Source of the DNA: a virus | Taxonomy: Duplodnaviria; Caudoviricetes | Virus record (IMG/VR): IMGVR_UViG_3300017780_003104 | Location: 128,001 to 192,000 of that record | Strand: one strand, 5' to 3' | Length of the DNA: 64,000 nt | Shown here: positions 19,491 to 27,746 of the stretch, piece by piece | Numbering within the stretch: position 1 is the first letter of the stretch | Layout: every line of letters starts with the position of its first letter | Position numbers and translations under genes: made by a program | The notes under the pieces: model-generated | Database searches by the model: none | Told to the model about the DNA's origin: nothing | What the model saw: the letters and a program-made list of their open reading frames with translations, nothing else

Positions 19491-19829
19491 ATGAAACAAG
19501 TAATGCTAAAAGAATATATTCGCAATCCAGAAACCCAACAACCCCGTGGTATTGCGCTCGCAATTCGTAAAGATGATGAAGTCCTTTATGGTTTCTCTCT
19601 TTTGAATACTAAGATGGATCGTTTTGATAAGACTGTCGGATTCAACATTGCACTTAACCGTGCTTTGTCTGATTCTTACACTCTTCCTGATACTCCTGAT
19701 CGTGAAGCTATGGTTCTAGGGGCTTTCAATCGTTTGGAACAACGCGCATTGAAATACTTTAAGGATATTGATCCTGCTAAGGTTAAGCTTTGCCCATCCA
19801 ATATCGAAAGTCCTTATCTTGAAAATTAA
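19491..19829 (+). CDS. hypothetical protein
   Basis: ORF track; promoter 6 nt upstream. Confidence 0.7.
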   Translation: MKQVMLKEYIRNPETQQPRGIALAIRKDDEVLYGFSLLNTKMDRFDKTVGFNIALNRALSDSYTLPDTPDREAMVLGAFNRLEQRALKYFKDIDPAKVKLCPSNIESPYLEN

Positions 19830-19830
19830 T

Positions 19831-20079
19831 ATGAAATATCTAATTATACTGGTAATCGGAATCGTTTCACTATCATGCACTGATGCTGAACGTTCAAAGA
19901 TTGGTGGATATGGTGATAAGTTTAAGGTAGAAATGTATTCCGGTGGTCAAAAGGTTCGTGAATGGACTTCCAGTGGAAAAGTATTATCAGAAAATGGTTC
20001 TGATGGTTACTATTTTAATGATAATGAAACCGGAAAACTCATTGAAGTTAGTGGTGATGTAGTTATCACTAAACTGTAA
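19831..20079 (+). CDS. small lipoprotein
   Basis: Signal peptide ending in a lipobox-like LSC. Confidence 0.6.
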   Translation: MKYLIILVIGIVSLSCTDAERSKIGGYGDKFKVEMYSGGQKVREWTSSGKVLSENGSDGYYFNDNETGKLIEVSGDVVITKL

Positions 20080-20097
20080 ACAAAACATCTTTTACAT

Positions 20098-20420
20098 TAT
20101 AAATATCCGGTGTTCGAATCATCGGTCTTGGAAGGCCCGCCTACCTAACAGGGCTGATAGCTTAATGGAAACTAAAAGCGTTATAATGTGAAAACTCAGT
20201 GGATAGGTTGTAACATCCCACTTTTTAAGTAGAAAACAGAAGTGTAAGCTGTAAATGATTCCACAAATATTCTAGATGATAAGTTGTGGATGTGTTCTCA
20301 CCTATTGGCTCATAACTGATAGAACTAGTGGGGTTGGAGTAACGACCAACTACTTAATCTTGTATAGAGAGTAAGAATCTTTTTCATGCGGAGTTTTCGG
20401 TCCCGTTCTTATAACCGATA
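20098..20420 (+). ncRNA. structured ncRNA downstream of TATAAATA
   Basis: No ORF; stems ATCGGT/ACCGAT, TTAAGTAG/CTACTTAA, TCCACAA/TTGTGGA; T-arm-like hairpin 20107-20125. Confidence 0.5.
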
Positions 20421-20432
20421 CATTTTAATATT

Positions 20433-21230
20433 ATGAATAACAAAGACGGACTAGGAGACAGAATAAAAAATTACGAAAGTATTTCAGAGCATTACTTTCT
20501 ACCAAAGACTCCGATTATTATTCGCGTTGATGGTAAAAGTTTTCATACGTGGACTAAAGGTTGTCAAAGACCTTTCGATCAAACGCTGATCACTTGTATG
20601 TTTGAGTCTGCTAAAGAAGTAGCTAAACAAATGCAAGGTTGTAAAGCTTTGTATGCTCAATCGGATGAAGTAACATTTGTTCTTACTGATGATACTACTC
20701 TTGATTCACAACAATGGTTTGGCGGTAGACAGAACAAGATTGAAAGTGTTACTGCTGCAATGATGACAGCATACTTTAATAAGAATTGGTTACATTCTGT
20801 TCCTAGACATATGGTTGATTATGATTTTCACGTAGATTACACCCCCGCTATCTTTGATGCCCGTGCTTTTCAATGTCCTAAAGATGATGTTGCTAATGTC
20901 TTTCTATGGAGAGTAAAGGATTGGGAACGTAATAGTCTCAATATGTATTGTGAACAGTTCTTCTCTCATAAGGAACTGCAAGGTCAAGGTCGTGCTGATA
21001 GACATGAAATGCTTCATAAGATTGGACATAATTGGGCTACTGAATGCACCGATCAACAAAAGAATGGTTCGTGGTATTCTCCGGGAAAACCTGATAAGTT
21101 CAACCTCACTAATTACTATGATATCGATGATTATATCTTTCGTGACGGTATTGCTTATGTAATGTCAAAGAAGATGCAATCAGAGGATTTAAGTTGGATG
21201 AGTAAAATGATTGTAAAGAGAATGGGTTAA
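20433..21230 (+). CDS. tRNA(His) guanylyltransferase Thg1-like
   Basis: IRVDGKSFH, YAQSDEVT, WFGGR..KIES, FDARAF, WRVKDWERNS. Confidence 0.9.
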   Translation: MNNKDGLGDRIKNYESISEHYFLPKTPIIIRVDGKSFHTWTKGCQRPFDQTLITCMFESAKEVAKQMQGCKALYAQSDEVTFVLTDDTTLDSQQWFGGRQNKIESVTAAMMTAYFNKNWLHSVPRHMVDYDFHVDYTPAIFDARAFQCPKDDVANVFLWRVKDWERNSLNMYCEQFFSHKELQGQGRADRHEMLHKIGHNWATECTDQQKNGSWYSPGKPDKFNLTNYYDIDDYIFRDGIAYVMSKKMQSEDLSWMSKMIVKRMG

Positions 21231-21259
21231 TGAATCATTAATCAAAATATAATAGCGAT

Positions 21260-21547
21260 ATGATGACAATAAAATTGGATACAAGTATTTTAGATAAATT
21301 TCTCGAATACTTCGAAAACGATAATAAGTTCATCGAATGTAACTTCAATTTTCAAATCTCTGGGAAAGATGATGGTGAGGATTTCATGTTGAATGATTCC
21401 GCGTCATTTATTAAAGATAGTAATGGGAACCTTCAGGTTTCTTATAATGGGCAACTATACAACCTACAGTTTTGGCTTGATGGTTGGGATTATGACGATG
21501 CTAATATTGACGCTATCTATATCACAACTATAACTAAAAGATATTAA
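21260..21547 (+). CDS. hypothetical protein
   Basis: ORF track. Confidence 0.6.
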   Translation: MMTIKLDTSILDKFLEYFENDNKFIECNFNFQISGKDDGEDFMLNDSASFIKDSNGNLQVSYNGQLYNLQFWLDGWDYDDANIDAIYITTITKRY

Positions 21548-21571
21548 TTAAAATCAAAATACCATACTGGT

Positions 21572-21772
21572 ATGGAACACGACGAATTTATCAGTCAGTT
21601 GAAAGAAAAGTTCTACAATAAGAATACTTGGCTTAAACCATCATATGCTTTACAAGATGCAGTTCTCGATACAATCAAATCATTTCTTCTGAAAAAGAAT
21701 CTCGTTATTATATCTAGATCTGATCTTTCTAAATTGGAAAATAAGGCAGCTAATATTCCTGAAAATTATTGA
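21572..21772 (+). CDS. hypothetical protein
   Basis: Variant promoter 6 nt upstream. Confidence 0.6.
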   Translation: MEHDEFISQLKEKFYNKNTWLKPSYALQDAVLDTIKSFLLKKNLVIISRSDLSKLENKAANIPENY

Positions 21773-21773
21773 T

Positions 21774-21950
21774 ATGAAAGTAACTGTTAAAAACTGTATC
21801 AAACGTCTCGAAAAAGAGAAAGACCTTCTCGCTAAGAGACGAGATTCTATTAGAGAATATCTTGATGAACTTCAAGAACTTGATGATAATTGTAATAGTG
21901 CAATTGAAGATATTGAATGTGCTATTGATAAACTAAGTGAACTTGTATGA
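21774..21950 (+). CDS. small coiled-coil hypothetical protein (58 aa)
   Basis: ATG-to-TGA read manually; coupled on both sides. Confidence 0.5.
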   Translation: MKVTVKNCIKRLEKEKDLLAKRRDSIREYLDELQELDDNCNSAIEDIECAIDKLSELV

Positions 21951-22603
21951 AAATTACTAAGAAAAAGGTAACTACTGTTACTGAGACTATTACCTATAAC
22001 ATTCATCCGAATGTTAGAATTATGGATGTTATTGTTAATGGTAAAGCTAGTCCAAGACAAATATTTAAGCATGGTAAGATCGTTAAAGATGGTGATTATA
22101 CGGTTGATTTTTGGCCTATCTATGATCCTGATTTAACATATCTTGAAGAAACTAATCCATTTTGGCGTCACAATAAAACAAAAGATTCTAAATGGTTTGA
22201 AGGTAATCCTCTTCCAGATGATGTGAATGATATTGATGTATCCAAGATCGTCTTTACAAGTGGTTATGATCATTCCTTTTGGACTGTAGACTTGGAACCA
22301 ATTCCTGTAGTGTTTTATGGAGACTATATTGATGCTGGTATTCGGTCGGGTAGGTTTGACCTTAAAAAATTACACAAACATCTTTCAAAACATAAACAAG
22401 TCAAAACCATTTCGGAAATAGAAATGATCCCATGGTATAATAATGATGGTTCAGAGACATATTTCACTATAACAGTATTACCAACAGTTAAACAGTTAAA
22501 GGAATTGAAAAAAAATAAACAACGAAGAGGAGAGTTTTTCTACAAACCTTGGAATGAAACTGATTACTTGGGAGTGAAGAAGTTCTACATCGGAAAAGAT
22601 TAA
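21947..22603 (+). CDS. hypothetical protein
   Basis: ORF track. Confidence 0.65.
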   Translation: MKITKKKVTTVTETITYNIHPNVRIMDVIVNGKASPRQIFKHGKIVKDGDYTVDFWPIYDPDLTYLEETNPFWRHNKTKDSKWFEGNPLPDDVNDIDVSKIVFTSGYDHSFWTVDLEPIPVVFYGDYIDAGIRSGRFDLKKLHKHLSKHKQVKTISEIEMIPWYNNDGSETYFTITVLPTVKQLKELKKNKQRRGEFFYKPWNETDYLGVKKFYIGKD

Positions 22604-22639
22604 TTAAAACCGAAATATAATTGCGACATCGAAAGTCGC

Positions 22640-22667
22640 TTGACAAATCAAAAAACTAAACTAAGAT
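22640..22667 (+). promoter_or_regulatory. sigma70-like promoter TTGACA-N16-TAAGAT, 6 nt before ATG
   Basis: Read directly; a similar TTGACA-N16-TAAACT lies at 13568-13595. Confidence 0.55.
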
Positions 22668-22673
22668 AAACAC

Positions 22674-24329
22674 ATGTTTGAGAATAAAAGAAACGCAGAA
22701 GTCGTGACTGTTAAATCAGTTACTCGTAAGGAAGTTAACGCATTCCTAAACAATGCTAAAGCAGAATCATCCAAGACTCGTTCTGGTAACGGGGCATTGA
22801 AATTCAGTTCAAGTGGTGATTCGTTTACCGATCAGTTTACTAAGGCTGGTAAGTATAAGGAACCTCGTAAGTTCTCTCAAATCGCACAAGATTGTGAAAT
22901 GTTGTGGGGTGAAGACCCTCTCAAGTGTGTGAAGTTCGCATTGTTTCTTCGTACTATTCCTCGCGTAGTTAATCTTCCTGATGGAAGTAAGACTGAACTT
23001 CCTCAAAAGGGAACCGAGTTGAAGCATGAAGCAATTATGCGTATGCTTTGGTTGAGTGATAAGTCTCCTCAAGCATTCTGGAATAACATTCTATTGTTTG
23101 TTTCTCTTGGATCTTGGCACGATGTTTTCACTATGCTTCAATATGATCTTAGCTACAACGGTTGGAATAATCGTAAGCTTGATTGGGATAAGTTTGGTGA
23201 GTTGATTCTTGCTGGTCTTAACAATAAGAACACCTGTGATCTTATTAAGAAGTATCTTCCTCAAATCAAGTCTCGTAGTCAAGCTACGACTATTGATGCT
23301 CAATCCAACAATGCTATTGCTAAGTGGATTTGCTCTCTAGTCTTTGGTAACAAGGAAAGCGCATCTTCATACAAGGCTTATCGTAAGATCAAGACTAGTG
23401 GAACCGCGCATGATTGGCAAAAGCTTATCTCCCAAAAGAGAATGAGTGAATTGGATTTCAATAAAATTCATGGTCGTGCTCTATCAATTCTTGTTAAGAG
23501 TAAGTTCTTAAAGAACCAAGGACTTAGCGATAAGTATGCATCTTGGATTACTGCACCTACCACCAAGGAAGTTAAGTATACTGGATTCGTCCATGAACTC
23601 TTCGAAGGTAACTGGAAGAACGATAAGAACAACGAAGCAACTATCAATAAGCAATTCGATACTCTTGTTCAAAAGGCAAGAACTAATGAAGTTACTGATT
23701 TGATTGTCGTTCGTGATACTTCTGGATCGATGTCTTCAATTTGTCCCGGCACTAAGTCTTCATGTCTTGATGTTGGAAAGGCAATCGCTCTATACTTTAG
23801 TGAATTCCTTCAAGGAACCTTTGCGGGTCATTGGATTGAATTCAACTCTGATGCTAAACTTCAAAAATGGGTTGGTCAAACTCCCGTTGATAAGTGGAAG
23901 AATGATAAGTCAAGCTTTTATGGTGGAACTAACTTTCAAAGTGTTGTTAATCTTCTCGCTAAGATGAAGAAAGAGGGAACACCTGAAAGTGATTTCCCTA
24001 GCGGTATCCTTTGCATTTCCGATGCAGAATTCAATCCTACTTCATTAGGTAAAACTAATGTTGAGACTGCGTTGACTACTCTTCGTAATGCTGGATTCTC
24101 CAAGGCTTATGTTGATAACTTTGTGATTATTCTTTGGAACCTTCAAAATAGTTATTATGGTAAAGGGTCTGGTGAAAAGTTTGAGACTGGTAAAGAAGTA
24201 AACAACGTTTACTATCTGGGTGGGTATAGTGCCTCCGCAGTTAGTTTCCTTTCAGCTAAGATCAAGACAACCTATGATCTAATCAACGAGTGTCTTAATC
24301 AGGAAGTTTTGAATATGGTTGAGATTTAA
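22674..24329 (+). CDS. TROVE/Ro60-like (DUF2828-type) helical domain + C-terminal vWA domain
   Basis: vWA MIDAS-like VVRDTSGSM, GGTNFQSV, CISDAEF, ILWNL; N-terminal FSSSGDSFTDQF, LGSWHDVF. Confidence 0.7.
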   Translation: MFENKRNAEVVTVKSVTRKEVNAFLNNAKAESSKTRSGNGALKFSSSGDSFTDQFTKAGKYKEPRKFSQIAQDCEMLWGEDPLKCVKFALFLRTIPRVVNLPDGSKTELPQKGTELKHEAIMRMLWLSDKSPQAFWNNILLFVSLGSWHDVFTMLQYDLSYNGWNNRKLDWDKFGELILAGLNNKNTCDLIKKYLPQIKSRSQATTIDAQSNNAIAKWICSLVFGNKESASSYKAYRKIKTSGTAHDWQKLISQKRMSELDFNKIHGRALSILVKSKFLKNQGLSDKYASWITAPTTKEVKYTGFVHELFEGNWKNDKNNEATINKQFDTLVQKARTNEVTDLIVVRDTSGSMSSICPGTKSSCLDVGKAIALYFSEFLQGTFAGHWIEFNSDAKLQKWVGQTPVDKWKNDKSSFYGGTNFQSVVNLLAKMKKEGTPESDFPSGILCISDAEFNPTSLGKTNVETALTTLRNAGFSKAYVDNFVIILWNLQNSYYGKGSGEKFETGKEVNNVYYLGGYSASAVSFLSAKIKTTYDLINECLNQEVLNMVEI

Positions 24330-24558
24330 ATATCTTAAACTTTCTATCTAAAAAGAGAGTGGAGTCTTTGTAAATAAAGTTTCCGATGCGACCAACTTTA
24401 TCTAGAATCAATAGACAAGCCGACTGATTTGGAAAAATTTACAATGACAATAATAACAGCAAAATTAGAAGAGGTTGACAAATCTAAATTTCATGATTAA
24501 ATAAAGATCCGATGAGGTTTCGGTAGCTTCCTATGGCGAACAAATAAAACTACCAATA

Positions 24559-25461
24559 AGATTGCTTCAGCAAATATATTTTTATTTAAGGAAAAACAAA
24601 AGCAATCTGATAAGAGGACAAACTACAAATACAAAAAATCAAACGTCCTCTGATAAGAATAAGTAACAGCAAAAACAATAAAAAATAAAAGCAAATATGC
24701 TAAACGATGAAAGTCGTCCGGGTATCCTCACCATATTAGAGGTTGTAATATGGAGCTTAGAAGGGAGTCAATCTTAACTTATTCTGATAAAGTCATAAAC
24801 TGCAAATAAAAATACTATTATGCAAAATAGCCTGTCGGTGGGTCCGAGGTAACTAAAACGGTTCGATTCCGTATCTATGACTTGCATAAAATCTCTTCAG
24901 CAAATAACGGAACGTAAAACTCCCATACGTGTGGTTCAAATCCCGCTGCTCACACTTTATTAAAAAGTGGGTATAGCCAAGTGGTAAGGCAGGAGTCCAA
25001 AAACAATGAGATTTAATAGAAATACTCCAGCAAATAACGCAACAAGGAACCGTGTGTCGAACGTTCGATTCGTTCTCTCCCACCATATAAGTAAAATGGG
25101 AGGTAGCTCAGTTGGTAGAGCAACGGTAAGCAAAAAACATAGTATTTCGATAGGATTATATTCAGCAAATATACTACTCAACTGTTAATTGAAAAAAGTA
25201 AAAGTAATCCGATAAGAATTTCAGCAGCATAATATCGTAACTATAACGACTCTAAGGTAGCTTAGGTTTGGGAAACCAATACGGCGATGGTAGATAGGTA
25301 AACTAAGTTCTTTATAGAATATGTAAACCCTACGGGACGAACGATTGAATATTTATATATTCTTTAATGTGTCAGTGAAAGATGAAATTCTGATAAAATT
25401 AGCAACAGCAAACCAAACAAAAATTTGACTTTTAATCAAACAATAAAATGCTAATTTGATA
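24559..25461 (+). ncRNA. array of nine tandem stem-CAGCAAA-cargo-stem-GATA RNA modules (Y RNA-like)
   Basis: Nine different but self-complementary 7-9 bp closing stems; shared CAGCAAA-like bulge; 4-5 nt GATA-like linkers. Confidence 0.85.
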
Positions 25462-25462
25462 C

Positions 25463-25741
25463 ATGGAAATATTTTATATCATAACACTATCATTCATATT
25501 GAATGTATTATGGTCAATGATGGGTAGAGCTAGAAATAGAAACAACCTCATTTATCATGGTGTATTAGTATTTCTATCAAATCTATTATGGATTCTTTTT
25601 ATGAAAAAGTTAATGACTTCCGATACGGAATCTTTAATATATGGAAGTATTGGTGGGACTATTGGTGCCATTTGTGGACAACCATTATCAATGTTTATTG
25701 AACGTGTGTTGAATGCTAAGAGTGATGATCACATAGAATAA
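25463..25741 (+). CDS. membrane protein
   Basis: Three hydrophobic segments. Confidence 0.65.
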   Translation: MEIFYIITLSFILNVLWSMMGRARNRNNLIYHGVLVFLSNLLWILFMKKLMTSDTESLIYGSIGGTIGAICGQPLSMFIERVLNAKSDDHIE

Positions 25742-25742
25742 T

Positions 25743-26042
25743 ATGGAAGACTACTGGACAAAAAATAATCTAATCAAACCCGCATCAAGGATCGTATGTG
25801 CTGCTAATAGGCATAAAGAATCTGGTAGGATTGTCTGTGGTGCTCGTCATTGGGATAATGTAATGCGTTCACAAAAACTTGAATCAGAAACCTTTAATAA
25901 TTGGGATCAAGGATTCATCAATCAATTTGGTGAATGGTTGAATAGAGAAGAAGCGTGGGTAATTGCCGAAGAGCAGGGACAGATTAGAAATCTTTGTTAC
26001 GACAAACAGACGGGTTACTTATTCAGCGAAAATTTATACTAA
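25743..26042 (+). CDS. hypothetical phage protein
   Basis: ORF track; VCGARH, QGF...R.EA, LFSENLY. Confidence 0.7.
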   Translation: MEDYWTKNNLIKPASRIVCAANRHKESGRIVCGARHWDNVMRSQKLESETFNNWDQGFINQFGEWLNREEAWVIAEEQGQIRNLCYDKQTGYLFSENLY

Positions 26043-26043
26043 G

Positions 26044-26355
26044 ATGGAAGAATATTATGTATTTATAACACCCGACAATGTAATATGGGGGGTGGGACTT
26101 TCTAAGAAAGAAACAGTAGAGGATGCTCTTAAAAATATTAATGATTATCCCGATTGGGATTCTAAGCCAAAGAGTGGTAAGATTGTGAGAGCTACATATG
26201 AACTAGCATGGGAAATCTGGGATAATGGATTCAATGAAGATGTGTGGGACTTAGAGAAGAATGGTGAAATGTGGTTAGCTATATTAAAGGATAATAATCC
26301 AGATGATCATTATACTCAACTTACTATAAAGGAAACAAAACTAAAATACAATTAA
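26044..26355 (+). CDS. hypothetical protein
   Basis: In-frame ATG right after the upstream stop. Confidence 0.55.
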   Translation: MEEYYVFITPDNVIWGVGLSKKETVEDALKNINDYPDWDSKPKSGKIVRATYELAWEIWDNGFNEDVWDLEKNGEMWLAILKDNNPDDHYTQLTIKETKLKYN

Positions 26356-26379
26356 TTAAAACCGAACTATAATAACAAT

Positions 26380-26844
26380 ATGAAGAACATGAACATCGCA
26401 ACCGCATTGAAAGAGAAAAATCGAATCACGGGACGCATTAGTGTATTGCAAGCACAAGTCTATAAGTTTAATACCTATACTAAAGGAGTTGATCAAGACT
26501 TCAATTCGAATGATCTTTTAGTAAAACTACAAGAAGAGTGGGCATTCCTAATTGATCTTAAGACTAAGATCACAAAGGCCAATGTTGGTATTACTGACAA
26601 GTTGGTGCGACTCACAGAATCCAAGGCTGAACTTTCCTTCTGGAATAGCTTTAGGAATACTGGATCAAGTGAGACTAAGAGTAATGAACGCAAGTATATT
26701 GACGGTGAGTGGGCATATGTTGAGGTTGCAACCGTCAATACCATCAATAGTAAAACCGTTCAAGAGAACGTTGATCGTGTTCAAAAGCAAATTGAAGATC
26801 TCCAAGATGAGATTGACAATTATAACGGGACCACAAAGATTTAA
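26380..26844 (+). CDS. coiled-coil protein (DIP1984-like)
   Basis: ALKEKNRI, LKTKITKAN, LQDEIDNYN pattern; family call from memory. Confidence 0.6.
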   Translation: MKNMNIATALKEKNRITGRISVLQAQVYKFNTYTKGVDQDFNSNDLLVKLQEEWAFLIDLKTKITKANVGITDKLVRLTESKAELSFWNSFRNTGSSETKSNERKYIDGEWAYVEVATVNTINSKTVQENVDRVQKQIEDLQDEIDNYNGTTKI

Positions 26845-26850
26845 ACAATT

Positions 26851-27135
26851 TGGATAGTCCGATCTGTAGTAAGTGAAAGAGGGCGCGACCCCCTCAATTG
26901 GGGCTTAGTCAGTCGTAGGATGACAACCTACCTATCCATAATAATTTCCGGGAGTAAGTAAGGACATTCAACATTTAGTGATTTCACTAAAACACCGAAC
27001 TTTGATAATGTTACTGATAATATTTCCTATTTTCGAATAGGAATAAAACTTAAGGTTTAAAACTTAGTAGTTTAAAATTCAAACATTAAAGTTTAAAATT
27101 TAGTTATGTTGAATAGAAGCTATTGAAACCGGAAT
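26851..27135 (+). ncRNA. structured RNA with internal heptamer tandem repeats
   Basis: Nested stems TGGATAG/CTATCCA, TTCCGG/CCGGAA, TTCAACAT/ATGTTGAA; UUCG hairpin; 8 degenerate heptamers at 27047-27103. Confidence 0.6.
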
Positions 27136-27172
27136 CCATTTTTTATAATAAACTTAAAATACTGATAAATTT

Positions 27173-27682
27173 ATGAAAACTACAACTTTTAATTGGGATG
27201 ATGATACTATTGATTCCCGTGATATTATTGAACGACATGAGGAACTACAAGAAGAATTCGATTCTCTTGTAGAAGCCTTGGAAGAGGCAGAATCAGACTT
27301 CAGATTTGTGAATGATAGTGATGAATCATCACTATATGAATATCAAGATGCTGAGAATACCATTAGCTTGGCTCAAGATGCTATTGAAGATTTCAATCTA
27401 TCAGATAATAGGGAGGAACTCGATTTATTGAATAAAGTGATCGCTCAAGGTGAGGATTCTCCTGATTGGCATCATGGCGAAACTCTTATTCATGAATCGT
27501 ACTTCACAGAATACATTAAGAATTTGATCGTTGATTGTTATGATTTCCCATCCGAATTAACTGATGGGAAATGGCCGTTTAACCACCTAAATTTCGACTT
27601 TGAAGGAGCGGCAGAAGAAGCTAAAGTGGATTATTCTACTATTGAAGCTGGTGGAGAAACTTATTATATTAGAAGCGTTTGA
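27173..27682 (+). CDS. acidic hypothetical protein
   Basis: ORF track. Confidence 0.7.
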   Translation: MKTTTFNWDDDTIDSRDIIERHEELQEEFDSLVEALEEAESDFRFVNDSDESSLYEYQDAENTISLAQDAIEDFNLSDNREELDLLNKVIAQGEDSPDWHHGETLIHESYFTEYIKNLIVDCYDFPSELTDGKWPFNHLNFDFEGAAEEAKVDYSTIEAGGETYYIRSV

Positions 27683-27746
27683 CTAGGTAGAAAACATTCC
27701 GAAGAGATTAAACAAAAAATGAGAGAAGCTAGACAAAGAATTTCTA

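Noticed and set aside
20098-20420. tmRNA or RNase P RNA
   Set aside because: I saw no paired acceptor ends with CCA, no tag ORF and no convincing P4 motifs.
24330-24558. Additional array units upstream
   Set aside because: AACAGCAAA (24455) and a GGTAG/CTACC stem are present, but I could not define complete closing stems.
25035-25053. 16S rRNA decoding-region mimic (CGCAACAAGGAACCGT vs CGTAACAAGGTAACCGT)
   Set aside because: The match is short with a mismatch and a gap, and CCGT is already explained as the anticodon-stem strand; it could be chance.
24853-25188. Track ORFs inside the RNA array
   Set aside because: They overlap the structured RNA modules, have no start context and show no recognisable motifs.
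25235-25261. Vector contamination with an I-CeuI site
   Set aside because: It differs from the canonical site with a structure-preserving change and is embedded in a native array unit.
24559-25461. CRISPR array
   Set aside because: There are no identical direct repeats; units are defined by variable self-complementary stems, cargo lengths vary widely, and no cas genes are present.
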